Below, in pieces: positions 38,185 through 51,621 of a stretch of DNA of 64,000 bases (the first letter of the stretch is position 1; the number at the start of each line of letters is the position of its first letter). The notes beneath the pieces were generated by a model. It was not told the origin of the DNA, ran no database searches, and saw only the letters and a program-made list of their open reading frames with translations. Where the stretch lies: positions 185,814,001-185,878,000 of the forward strand of contig OX597814.1 in the NCBI GenBank assembly GCA_951406725.2, in the 5' to 3' direction. The translations under genes and the position numbers were made by a program. The stretch is from Octopus vulgaris (lineage: Eukaryota).

Positions 38185-39209
38185 ACTAATAATGAAGCTA
38201 ATAATAATAATAATAATACAATGAAAGAGGAGGCTGTAGAGAAAGTGAAGGTGGTGGTGGTGGTGGTGGTGGTGGTGGTGGTATTGATGATAAAGAAAGA
38301 TAGGCAAAAATAACAGACTATACGAAATGTGATTCCAAGAAATCTATTGTCTTTGAGAATATTCTATGGTTGCATTAAGCTGGAAGCTATATGTGTAACG
38401 TGTTTAGCCCTCAAGTGTGTAGATTTACTGAAAACAATAATAGAAGAAGATGAAATATTTTCAGTGTAAGTATATAAGTGTGTGTGTGTGTGTGTGTATG
38501 TGTTAGTATGTGTGTGTGGTTGCATGTGTGTGTGTGGGTGTTAAAGATATATATATGCATGCACACATACCGTGTTTAAGCACATTTGTATAGCCTACCT
38601 ATGCATAAATATACATAAGCATATTGCTAAGCATTCACATACAAATGCATCTGTATAAAATTTAAGACTATATCTGTGCAAGCATGTATAATACATTAAT
38701 ATATAATACATGTGTGTGTGCGTGTAAAAATATATCAAATTAAATATACAACCAAAAGAGCTACTAATAGTTTTATGCAATTATGATACTTGAATAGGCT
38801 TATTTAAAAAATACGTATTCTGTTGTGTCTGGGGAGAATCATTTCTTTTTTGTGCCTTATAATTTAACACACTCACTGGTAAAATTTCCACTCATTCCTT
38901 ATTTATATTTTCCTAAAATTTTTGTTGCGTCTTGCAACCTTTTCAATACATACATGCATTTGAGGCTCTGTTTATGCATTATATGTAATTTTTTTTAAAA
39001 TCAAGGATGCTGGTCAATAAGAAAATATGAAAAATGTAGGTAAAAACATGAAGAAAGTTCATGCAAAAAAATGGAACAAGACAAACGAAACGAAATCAAA
39101 AATTATGATCTTACCCTCCCTGATTGCAGAAAGCTCATTAAATACAACTGGTTTAGAATTCATTAACAGAAAATATGTCTAAGTATGCAAGACTCAATCT
39201 GTATATGTA

Positions 39210-39440
39210 TTGGGTTGGCAACTAAGTTCCTGCCGTTTTTTTTAATTTAAATTTTTTAAAAGGTTTAATAAAAAATAACAACTGATTAATCAATAATGTA
39301 TTCACCCTTGTTGTTTGCAACCTGTTCCTAACATTCAACAAGATTTTCAATACCTGGTTGGTAGAAATCAACCAATTTCGACTCGAAAAATTGATCCAAC
39401 CAGGCTCTCAATTCTGCATCAGTATTGAACAAAACATTGG
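39210..39440 (-). mobile_element. 3' end of another mariner family
   Basis: TA|ttgggttggcaactaagttc TIR; FNTDAELRAWLDQFFESK..DFYQPGIENLVEC*EQVANNKGEYIID*. Confidence 0.8.
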
Positions 39441-39504
39441 TAACGTACCAATGATTTATTTATTAAACTAGTTGTCAAGATAGTGTTATAATATACAAAA
39501 CAGT

Positions 39505-39902
39505 AAGGTGACAAGCTGGCAGAAATGTTAGCATGTCAGGCAAAATGCTTAGCGGTATTTCGTCTGCCTTTACGTTCTGAGTTCAAATTCCACCGAGGTC
39601 AACTTTGACTTTCATCCTTTCGGGGTCGATTAAATAAGTACCAGTTATGCACTGGGGTCGATATAATCGACTCAATCCATTTGTCTGTCCTTGTTTGTCC
39701 CCTCTGTGTTTAGCCCCTTGTGGGTAGTAAAGAAATAGGTATTTCGTCAGTCTTTACATTCTGAGTTCAAATTCTGCCGAGATCAGCTTTACCTTTCATC
39801 CATTTGGAGTTGATAAATTAAGTACCAGTTGCATACTGAGGTCAGTCTAATCGACTGGTTCCCTCCCCAAAAATTTTAGGCCTTGAGCCTAGAGTAGAAA
39901 AG
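39505..39902 (+). mobile_element. Dimeric SINE B with two different tails
   Basis: 15-bp TSD aatatacaaaacagt (39490-39504, 39903-39917). Confidence 0.9.
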
Positions 39903-40130
39903 AATATACAAAACAGTCTAACCAATTTAATTACTGTATATACTCACAGGTAGGTTGCACTTTTTTTACCAAAAATTTCAATAAAAATCACAGGGACCTG
40001 AAATAGATGGCAGCATATCAGTAGTCGAGTTGATTTATCAATTAGACTACTTTCAGAAAGTCATTTCTGCAAAAATGTTTAAATACTTGTAAGTAAAGTT
40101 TGGAAATAAAGGTGAATATTTGATAATATT

Positions 40131-40344
40131 CTTTTCTACTCTAGGCACAAGGCCCGAAATTTGGTGGGAAGGAGCCAGTTGATTAGACCAATCCTGGTAT
40201 GCAACTGGTACTTAATTTATTGACCCCAAAAGGATAAAAGGCAAAATTGACCCCAGCAGAATCTGAACTCAGAATGTAAAGACAGACAGAATACTGTTAA
40301 GCATTTCACCCAGCATGCTAATGTTTCTGCTAGCATGCTGCTTT
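40131..40344 (-). mobile_element. SINE family B
   Basis: 15-bp TSD atatttgataatatt (40116-40130, 40345-40359). Confidence 0.9.
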
Positions 40345-41357
40345 ATATTTGATAATATTTAATAAATATTAGTTATATTTACATTAAAAAGGGCCATGTA
40401 ACTCCCCAAATTATAGTGCATCCTATTTGTGAGTCAACTGCAAATACCTACTTTGACAACCTCAAACTAAGGGTGCAGATCTATCCACTAGTGTGACCTA
40501 TCCACAAGTATACACGGTAATGAGCATTGTCTCAAAGGGTAGCAAATGTGTTCACTCAGTCACTGATAAAATAGCAAAACAGGATTGAAACTCCATCAGC
40601 TGATCCATCATTTTTCTGTCCATAGATATCGTCGTCATCATCGTCGTCGTCGTCATCGTCATCGTCATCATCATCATCATCATCATCATCATCAGTATCA
40701 TCATCATTTTAACATCCACTTCTCCATGCTTGCATGCATGGGTCAGACAGAATTTTGTTGCAGGGGGTATTTTGTCTATAGCTGGGAGTCCTTCCTGTCC
40801 CCAACCCTCACTTGCTTCCAGGCAACGTAACATTTCCCCTTGCCCAGGACAATGCGCACATGATGGAGACATTTGCTTCCAACTATCACATGAGAGCAAG
40901 AAAAAGAGACAGTAACACATTCCCAAGCACACACATACACCCACATACATACACACACATGCATGCATACATACATACACATACATACATATATACATAC
41001 ATATATAATATAAATAATATATAGATATATGCATATATACATATATGTACATACCTACATATATATGTATATATACATGCATATGTGGGTACAGGACATA
41101 AAAAAATACCTTGGACACAATGAGAAATGCAAACATAAAAACAAAAACATAGAAAACGAACCTTTTTTTTTGAACAATGAAAACACAGAGAAACAAGAGA
41201 TGCAACATAAAGAATATTCCCCGTCATCAGTTGTCCCTGTTTTATCTACTACGCGTTTCGAAGGGAAGGACAATATACATACACACATGCATACGTACAA
41301 ACATACATACACACACACACATACATATATACACGCACACACATTTACATACATAAG

Positions 41358-41396
<39 letters not shown>

Positions 41397-41931
41397 GCCT
41401 CTATGAAATCCACTCACAAGGCTTTGGTCAGCCCAGCAGGTCTATAGCAAAAGACTCTTGCCCAAAGTGTTACACAATGGAATTGCCTCCTAACTATGTG
41501 GTTCTAGGTTCAAACCTCTTACCACACAGCCACAACTGTGCCTATTGGCATCACCAGCGGGATGTAGAGTGTGTGTGTAAAATGGAAAAGCAGAGATGAG
41601 AATGAAAGATGAAGTGAAATATTTATATATAATATTAGAAAGACAACAAGAATGAAAGTGAAAGAGAGAGAGAGACAAGAGAAAAATATCTTTTTTTTAA
41701 TAGAATGATGAAAAAGATTTAATAGGAAAGCAGCTTTGAAACTTGGACTTCAATAAGAAGCTATTTCAGAACAACAAATATAACTCAAAGCAGGAATACT
41801 TTTTGCTATATATACATACACAAATAAACATACACACACACACTATATATGTGTGTGTGTGTGTATGTATATTTATATATATATACACACATATTTATAG
41901 GCTTAGATATATATATATATATATATTATGA

Positions 41932-41980
<49 letters not shown>

Positions 41981-42075
41981 TATATACATATATTTATGTA
42001 TGTATATAAATGTATATATATGTATATATATATGTGTATATATATACACATACATATATATACGCACATACACAC

Positions 42076-42106
<31 letters not shown>

Positions 42107-42133
42107 CATACACACACACACACACACACACAT

Positions 42134-42191
<58 letters not shown>

Positions 42192-43094
42192 CAAAACATG
42201 AGGTTGAGAAAGAGTGGGAAATATAGAAGAGAGGCAGTGGTAGGCTGGTAAATACTGGTTTTTGGTAAGGAGGTTGAATAGAAAAACAGTGTGAACAGCT
42301 TGATGGGAGAAGAGGGAATCATAGAGAGACGTAAAGTAATGGAAGAGATGGAAGTGACATACATCTGAGGGAGAGAGAGACAGAGAGAGACAATGGGAGA
42401 GAGACAGAGAGAGAGAGAGACAGAGAGAGACAGTGGTAGGGAGTGAATGATTAAATAAAAATGGGTGCTGGCAAAAAGAGAATGAGTGATAGCAACTCGA
42501 GAGAATGATACTAGGAAAGAGTGAGTGATAAAATGTAGAAAGGAGAGTGAAGTGGACTGAACCAATCTTTTGTCATAAACAATATGGTTGTGACCATTAT
42601 CATACCAGAGGGACCTACAACATTGAACCATCAAATTAAAAGTTTTAATTTTACAAGCAAAAAGGGAAATTTGGTTGTTTTGGTTCGTATTTTTGAAGTA
42701 TTGAAAACATGGAAATTTGTTTTGTTTTGTGTTATTTTGGGTTTTTTTTGGGGTTTTTTTTTTGGGTTTTTTTTCAAGACATTATTCAAATGCTAATATA
42801 GCTAAAAATAATAGCTCATAAAATGTCCGGGTAAATACCCAACACGCATTAATACATACCTACATATCCATATATTTATTTACATATATTTAGTTTACCC
42901 ATCCACCTTCTCTCTGAATGAACGTATGCAGAGAATGTTATGTGAGAGAGCATTGTTTGTGCATGTATGTGCATGTGTGTCTATGTGTAAGGGTATGTGT
43001 ATGTCTATATGTGTGTGTGTGTGTATTTGTGTGTATCTCTGTTTGTAAATTTATCTATCAATGTATATACCTATATTTTTCCCTGTCTTTCATT

Positions 43095-43302
<208 letters not shown>

Positions 43303-44198
43303 GCACAAGTACATGTGTATAGATCCACCCAAATACACAGTCATACATTGATGTATTAATACGTATGTGTTTATGAGTGTGCGTGTGTGAGTGTTAGATG
43401 CAAACACCAGCATATGCACACATACACCAGTCCACCTATTTAAGCATAGCTTTTTTGTCTATTCAAGTACATACACATACAACATACACATACATTGATG
43501 TACGCAAATACACCAGCATATATATATATATATATATACCTTGACCCTCTGTATACCACACTGTCTATCCATATGTTTATATAACCATCTAAAAGTATGT
43601 CTATACTTATATACCTGTTAGCAAATTTATATATCTATCTATATATCTATTTGTTTATGTATGCATATGCACGTCCGTCTTTGTATATACACCACTCTGT
43701 ATATACATTTATTTACATTTCACTCTGATCGTCCGTGTGTCTGTATTTTCGGTCTATTCTTAATCGAGTAATTTCCATGGGATGGATTTGAAAATTAGAA
43801 TATGAATTTTAACTTTTGGTGATAAATCTACCATTATCATTAACATTATCTAATAAAATCTAACATTATCATTATGATTATCGTTAATTCTTTTTTCAAT
43901 TTAATGATAATGTTAGATTTATCACCAAAACTTTAAATTCATATTCTAATTTTTCAAATTCACCTCTTACAAATAAATCAATATAGATAGGCAGCAACAC
44001 AAACGGACATTTAGAATTACTGGCAGACATACACAATAACAGATAGAGATAAACTGCCAAATATATCAACAGCAAGACGTGAGGTTGCGTGTATGTGTGT
44101 GTGCGTGTGTGTGTGTGTGTGTGTGTCTGTGTACATCATTATCCTTTAACATCTGTTTACCATATATATATATATATATTTACATACATACATATACA

Positions 44199-44234
<36 letters not shown>

Positions 44235-44259
44235 TGTATGTATGTGTGTGTGTGTGTGT

Positions 44260-44305
<46 letters not shown>

Positions 44306-44489
44306 ATATTTATACATATTAATAATAAAAGGGCAAAATTAATTAATTACTATCTGGGAGATTTTTACAGTAGTAGAAAAGGAATTTTAAACTCCTATTT
44401 CTAAATTTGGTGTGTGGTGAAGCAATTAGCTGACCCCAATAATTATAATTATGTTTATAATTATAGAATACCTATATATATATAATAAT

Positions 44490-45135
44490 TCAACATCCAT
44501 TTTCCTTGCTGAGAAGAGTTCGATGACTTGTCAAGAACTGGCAGGGCCAGGAGGTTGCACCACAATCCCTAGTCTGTTTTGGCTTGGTTTTTAGGGCTGG
44601 ATGCCCTTCTCAATGTCAACAACTCCACAGAGTGTGCTTGCTGCTTTTAACATAGCACCATCGCCAGTGCTCTTTACATGGCACCATCATCACCAGTGCT
44701 CTTTACATAGCACCATTGCCAGTACTCTTTACATGGCACCATCATCAATGCTCTTTACATGGCACCATCATCACCAGTGTTCTTTGCATAGTCATCAGTA
44801 CTCTTTACATGGCACCATCGCCAGTGCTTTTAACATAGCACCATCACCAGTGCTCTTTACATAGCACCATCATCAGTACTTTTTACATGGCACCATCACC
44901 AGTGCTTTTTACATAGCACCAGCAACCATACCAATCCTTTTTATATGGCACCTTAGTTTTTAGGATCCCAATTCCGATGTGGTGGGTGGGTCTTCTTGAG
45001 TAAAGTAATGCATCACATCTCTCAGTCATCTGACATCTCCTTTGTAAGGTTTAATGGTTTGAGATCAGTCTTCAATACTTTGTTTCATGCCTTTCTGGGT
45101 CCCCCTCTTCCACAACTTATCACCACTTTAAGGAA
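44490..45135 (-). mobile_element. Old RTE 3' fragment with expanded ~26-bp minisatellite (44635-44925)
   Basis: ggctggatgcccttctcaatgtcaac motif followed by about 11 units of gtgctctttacatggcaccatcacca. Confidence 0.7.
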
Positions 45136-45894
45136 TCGAGATAGACAGACAGCTATAGGCACAGGATAAAACTATGTAGTAAGAAGTTTGCTTCCCAGCT
45201 CATAGTTCCAGATTCAGTCCCACTACATGGCACCCTGGACACAAACCTTGTGAGTGGATTTGGTAGACAGAAATTGAAAGAAGCTCATTGTATGTGTCTG
45301 CATGTGTGTGTATGTGTCTGTGTCCTTGACTGTGTGCACATGTGTGTGTCTGTGTTTGCCATCCCCCACTCCCACTTGACAACCAGTGTTGGTTTGTTTA
45401 CCTCCCTAACTTAACAGTTACTATAAGTACCAGACTTTAAGGAAAAATAAGCATTGGGGTCAATTCATTTGGCTAAAATTCTTCAAGGTGGTGCCCCAGC
45501 TTGGCCACAGTCTAATGAGTGAAACAAATAAAAGACGGTATATATATACAGTGGGAGAGGGGAAAAGAGTGAGACATACATAGGTATAAATAAGAGAATT
45601 GATATATAGACGGACACATATGTAAATATATAGTTGGAATTTACAAAAAAAAACAAACAAAACAAAAGACGAAGACGGGTGTGTAAACAACAAACAGATG
45701 TATTAGTTTAACACTCAGGAGTGAGAAAGTCTTTCACATTTCGAGTCTATGCTCTTCGACAGAAAGGAACACAGAAATAAACAGAGAGAGAAAATAAGAA
45801 AAGGTTTAGTGACTAGTGATCAGTCATGGCAAATGTAAATATATACATGGTCATACATATATTGACAGGTATACAATGTCAGACAAAATATATA

Positions 45895-46455
45895 TTGGGT
45901 TGTCTGGAAAGTTTGTGCCAATTTATAGTAGCTTAACTTTCGACTTATTTTAGAACATGGTTATGTCCATGAAATAGGATTTGACTACACCTCCATTTAG
46001 AGCACAGTTTATCTTTTCGTGGAAGAAGGTTTATGTTCCTATAACCTGTGTTAATTCTGTAACCCTTTAAAATGGAAGATAAGAAAGTTCATTTTCGGCA
46101 CTTAATGCTTTGGGAACCAGACAAAAATTGCAGCAGCTCGGCTGGGATGTGTTACTCTACACTCCATATTCACCAGATATTGCTCCTTCGGATTTCCACT
46201 TATTCAGGTCTCTGCAGAATAGTCTTAATGGTAAAAATTTCAATTCCTTGGATGACGTAAAAAGATACCGTGATGAATTCTTTGCCATGAAACCACCGCA
46301 ATTCTGGGAAGATGGTATTTTCTAGTTAAAGGAAAGATGGAGATGCATTGTGCAACAAAATGGTTCATATTTGGTAGGTTAAAAATGTAATGAGAAGTAT
46401 TTTTTTACCGTTTTCTTTCCTTTAAAAATCGGCATGAACTTTCCAGACAACCCAA
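45895..46455 (+). mobile_element. Mariner MITE type 1, second copy
   Basis: TIRs, TA TSDs and the same deletion junction (tgctttgggaaccagac) as 29080-29647. Confidence 0.92.
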
Positions 46456-47059
46456 TAGTATAAGGCACAGTCTCATAGACTATTATAGTTAGACAAATAT
46501 ATTATTGTATTTGTACATGTTTTCATTGTGTGCATGTTTATGGGAAAGGTGTTGCTTGCACCACTCCTATACATGTGGTAGCTGTGTATCTCCTCTATAG
46601 CTAGACTCCTCTGCTTGCCCCTTTATCATATTTCATTCTTTCAACACCTGGCATAATGCCAATTCCTCCTCCTCTTAAACAATCTTTCAACTCCACTTGG
46701 CACCAGGAGCTTTTTCCTTTTCCTATTTCCCTGATCTTTTTCTGTTTTTGTAAATTAACTTGGCAACCTCACTAGGGTTAGTAGCACAAAAAAATGCACC
46801 CAGTACACACAGTAAAGGGGTTGACACCAGAAAGGACATCCATACAGAGAAACCATGCCAAAGCTGATACTGCATGTTGGTGCAACTCTGCAACTTGCTG
46901 GATCCTGCCAAGCCACCTCCAATCCATGCCACTATGGAAAACAAACACTAAATGATGATGATAACACAGACGTGCACATGTATGCTACCTGTATATGTGC
47001 ATATGCATGAGTGTATGCTACCTGTATATGTGCATATGCATGAGTGAATACATATACAT

Positions 47060-47460
47060 AGGCACTGGAGTGGCTGTGTGGTAAGTAGCTTGTTTACCAA
47101 CCACATGGTTCCAGGTTCAGTTCCACTGCGTGGCACCTTGGGCAAGGGTCTTCTACTATAGCCTTGGGCCGACCAAAGCCTTGTGAGTGGATTTGGTAGA
47201 CGGAAACTGAAAGAAGCCCGTCATATATATGTATATATATGTATGTGCATGTATGTTTGTATGTGTGTTTGTCCCCCTAGCATTGCTTGACAACTGATAC
47301 TGGTGTGTTTATGTCCCCGTCACTTAGCAGTTCGGCAAAAGAGACTGATAGAATAAGTACTGGGCTTACAAGTATAAGTCCCGGGGTCGAGTTGCTCGAT
47401 TAAAGGCAATGCTCCAGCATGGCCACAAAAATGACTGAAACAAGTAAAAAGAAAAAGAAA
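47060..47460 (+). mobile_element. SINE family A
   Basis: Consensus match. Confidence 0.9.
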
Positions 47461-47589
47461 AAAGATACATATACTCATGTACCTGCAATGCATTGTGTTC
47501 TTGAACAAAACACTTTGTTTCATTTGATCCCACAAGCAAAAATGAGTAATTCTGCAACAGACTGGTATCCCATCCAAGGTAGGGGTGGA

Positions 47590-47618
<29 letters not shown>

Positions 47619-47620
<2 letters not shown>

Positions 47621-50089
47621 CTTCAGGAAACCTACCAGCCACCTAGTCACTTACCAATCGGGCCAACATACCAGCCAAATTGACTACATCCTTACAAGGC
47701 AAAGGGAGAGATGGCTGCTTATAAATGCCAAAACCTTCCCAGGTGAAGAATGTACCCCACAACATAGACTGGTAGTTAGTGACTTTAGGATCAGGACTAG
47801 GAGGACAACCAGAAGACGACAAATATGGAGAAGAAGGATCTGGAAGCTTAAAGATCCTGCAAATGGACAGAGATTTAGGGACATATTACTTGAAGCCTCT
47901 GACGAAGTAGAAGGGGATAGAGCATCACAGGGGGTAGAAGACAGCTGGACGTTTCTAAGGGACAACCTGCTGAGAGCCACTGACCAGATCTGTGGCTGGT
48001 GCAAAGTCCCCTCTTGACCTAGAATAACATGGTGGTGGAACAATATTGTAGACAGGGCTATTAGAGAAAAGAGACAGGCTTGGAAGGTCTGGAAAAATGG
48101 GGGTAGCAGGGGATTGTATCAGACTGCCAAAAGAGAAGCTAGGAGACAGGTTTATTTAGCCAGAGGGGAAGCAGATAAGAAAAAATTTGCCAATGTTCTG
48201 CGCCGTGAGGACCAAAGACTGGAGGTGTTTCGTGTTGCAAGACAGTGTGTGAGAGAGAATCGTGATGTGGTAGGAGAGAAGTGTGTTCGCATGGAAGATG
48301 GTTCACTTGCGCTAAATGAGGATGCAAAGAGAGAGGTTTGGAGATGCCACTATGAAAGGTTGCTGAATGAAGAAAATGAATGGGATAAAGAGAGTCTGCC
48401 GAATGTTGACCCAACAGAGGGACCAGCTATCCGAGTTTATAGTTCCGTGGTAGCTAAGGCAATTAGAAGCATGAAGACAGGGAAAGCCCCAGGCCCATCA
48501 GGAATCACTGCAGAGATGCTCAAAATGTCTGGTAGTGTCGGCTATAGCCTTGTCACCCGTATAGTTAATCAGGTGATACACAAAGGGGTCATACCCAATG
48601 ACTGGTGTAGCAGTATAATAGTCAACTGCTACAAAGGTAAAGGTGATGCCCTAGATACAAATAACTACAGAGGTATCAAGCTGTTGGACCAGGTGATGAA
48701 GGTTACGGAGAGGGTCATAGCCCAACTAATTAGAGAGAGACTTAGTTTAGATGAGATGCAGTTTGGGTTTGTGCCAGGGAAAAGTACTACTGATGCTATA
48801 TTCCTGGTAAGGCAGCTGCAGGAGAAATACCTAGCCAAAGATAAGCCCCTGTACCTGGCTTTTGTTGACATGGAGAAAGCCTTCGACAGGGTCCCCCGAT
48901 CCCTTATCTGGTGGGCAATGAGGAAACTAGGGATAGATGAATGGTTAGTGAGAGCTGTGCGGGCCATGTATAGGGACGCCGCTAGTAGGGTGAGGGTTGG
49001 AAATGTGTACAGTGAAGAATTCCGGGTAGAGGTAGGAGTCCACCAAGGCTCAGTACTCAGCCCCCTCCTATTTATCATAGTCCTCCAGGCAATAACGGAG
49101 GAATTCAAGACAGGATGCCCTTGGGAGCTCCTCTATGCTGATGACCTTGCTCTAATTGCTGAGTCGCTATCAGAACTGGAGGAGAAGTTTCAGGTGTGGA
49201 AACAAGGATTAGAATCGAAGGGCCTCAGAGTCAATCTAGCTAAAACCAAAGTCGTAATCAGTAGGAAGGTAGACAAATCACAAACACCTTCAGGTAGATG
49301 GCCCTGCTCGATCTGTAGAAAAGGTGTAGGTAGAAACTCTATAAGATGCACCAAGTGTAAGCTATGGACACATAAGAGATGCAGCAATGTCAAAGGAAGG
49401 CTAACTAGGAAGATGGTTTTTGTATGTGGCAGATGCTCAGGAACAATAAACACTGAAAATGCTCTGAGACCAACTTCTGTCACTTTCCAGGGAGAAAACT
49501 AGAAATAGTTGATAGTTTCCGTTACCTAGGTGACCAAGTCAGCAGCGGGGGCGGGTGTGCTGAAAGTGTAACTGCTAGAGTAAGAATAGCTTGGGCAAAG
49601 TTCAGAGAGCTCTTACCTCTGCTGGTGACAAAAGGCCTCTCGCACAGAGTGAAAGGCAGACTGTATGATGCGTGTGTACGAACAGCCATGCTACATGGCA
49701 GTGAAACATGGGCCGTGACTGCTGAGGATATGCGTAAGCTCGCTAGAAATGAAGCCAGTATGCTCCGATGGATGTGTAATGCCGGTACTCACACTCGGCA
49801 GAGTGTAAGTACCTTGAGAGAAAAGCTGGACCTAAGAAGCATCAGTTGTGGTGTGCAAGAGAGACGTTTGCGCTGGTATGGTCATGTGGCGAGAATGGAT
49901 GAAGATAGTTGTGTGAAAAAGTGCCACACCCTAGCGGTTGAGGGAACCTGTGGAAGAGGCAGACCCAGGAAAACCTGGGACGAGGTGGTGAAGCACGACC
50001 TTCGAACTTTAGGTCTCACTGAGGAAATGACTAGAGACCGAGACCTCTGGAAGTGTGCTGTGCGCGAGAAGACCCGGCAGGACAAGTGA
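47619..50089 (+). pseudogene. RTE ORF (APE-RT with internal PHD finger), disrupted
   Basis: One in-frame TGA at 48015-48017 and one apparent 1-bp deletion near 49497 (GEN* instead of GEKLEIVDSFRYLG); otherwise open. Confidence 0.9.
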
Positions 50090-50689
50090 GTCCATAACCC
50101 GTGGCCTTCTACATGGGATGGAGCCGGCCTACGTATGCATACCTTCCCTTCTTGGGACACAAAACTCTACTTGTGAAGACGTGTTGAGGCAAGTGAGGAT
50201 CAGAATCGAAATCGATCAATGGAAATTGCGGATGTGCTACCAGTGCCGGTGGCATGTCAAAACTCTGCTTGTGAAGACCCGTTGAGGCAAGTGAGGATCA
50301 GAATCGAAATCGATCAATGGAAATTGCAGATGTGTTACCAGTGCCGGTGGCATGTAAGAGAACTTTCCGTTTCGCGACCGTTGCCAGCACCGCCCCGTTT
50401 CGTGTCCGTTGCCAGCCTCGCCTGGCCCTCGTGCCGGTGGCACATAAAAAGCACAATCCGTTCGTGGCCGTTTGCCAGCTCTGTCTGGCACCAGTGCGGG
50501 TGGCACGTAAAAAGCACCCACTACACTCACGGAGTGGTTGGCGTTAGGAAGGGCATCCAGCCGTAGAAACACTGCCAGATTTGACTGGGCCTGATGAAGC
50601 CTTCTGGCTTCACAGACCCCAGTAGAACCGTCCAACCCATGCTAGCATGGAAAACGGACGCTAAACGATGATGATGATGATGATGATGA
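47619..50689 (+). mobile_element. RTE-clade LINE, 5'-truncated within the APE endonuclease, with (GAT)n tail
   Basis: APE C-terminus (SQIDYIL..TPQHRLV), RT motifs (NYRGIKLL, QFGF, FVDMEKAFDRV, GVHQGSVLSPLLF, LLYADDL, FRYLG), and RGRPRKTW C-terminus. The 3'UTR spans 50090-50689. Confidence 0.95.
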
Positions 50690-51029
50690 TATAGTTAATC
50701 CAAACATGAAAGCACAAAAAAACACAACAACGCGAGGACTTGGAACAAATATAGTATTATTGGACGCTCAGGAAAGAAGGAAAGCAGGAGGGTTTAACGT
50801 TTCGAGTGGAGCTCTTCGTTGGAAACATAGGAGAAGGAAAGATCCAGAGAAGGGAAGACAGAGGAAAAAAAATCGCCAACGGTACACACGCGTGTGTGTG
50901 TGTGTGTGTGTGTGTGTGTCACAGAATTAAGAGAACTAGCCTTATGAGCTTTTCCCTTGGGAAGGACATTTGGTCCTTTTGATTGTGGGGTGCAGATATC
51001 CAATCAGAGGGAGTAAAGATCAGAAGAGC

Positions 51030-51621
51030 CCTTCATATTGTTTAGTATTAATCCAAGCATTATCTCATAGCTTTGACATTTCGATGATGTGATTGTTTAT
51101 TTTACAGAATAACATTGTAGGGTAAGTGCGAGGGGCCAGATCTGACCCAGCTCAAAATAAAACAGGGAGAGTATTTCAGCTTGATATGGTTACTCTTTTA
51201 CTCTTTTACTCTTTTACTTGTTTCAGTCATTTGACTGCGGCCATGCTGGAGCACAGCCTTTAGTCGAGCAAATCGACCCCAGGACTTATTCTTTGTAAGC
51301 CTAGTACTTATTCTATTGGCTCTCTTTTATCAAACCGCTAAGTTACAGGGATGTAAACACACCAGCATCAGTTGTCAAGCGATGTTGGGGGGACAAATAC
51401 AGACACACATATATGTATATACATATACATATATATGACGGGCTTCTTTTCAGTTTCCGTCTACCAAATCCACTCACAAGGCTTTGGTCGGCCCGAGACT
51501 ATAATAGAAGACACTTGCCCAAGGTGCCACGCAGTGGACTGAACCCGGAACCATGTGATTGGTAAGCAAGCTACTTACCACACAGCCACTCCTGCAGTTA
51601 GTTTAAATCTTTAAGGGTTAA
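51030..51621 (-). mobile_element. piggyBac-like MITE with nested SINE A (51190-51595, minus)
   Basis: Ends aaggg|ttaa; interior is the reverse complement of the 33960 family. Confidence 0.6.

Noticed and set aside
38568-40520. Single large Tc1/pogo-type element bounded by taccgtgt / acacggta
   Set aside because: Only 8 bp of inverted match and a heterogeneous interior, so the ends cannot be linked.
44635-44925. CRISPR-like array
   Set aside because: The units are contiguous with no unique spacers, the context is eukaryotic, and the unit derives from the RTE 3'UTR.
46979-47045. Short ~33-bp tandem duplication
   Set aside because: Ordinary slippage in low-complexity sequence.
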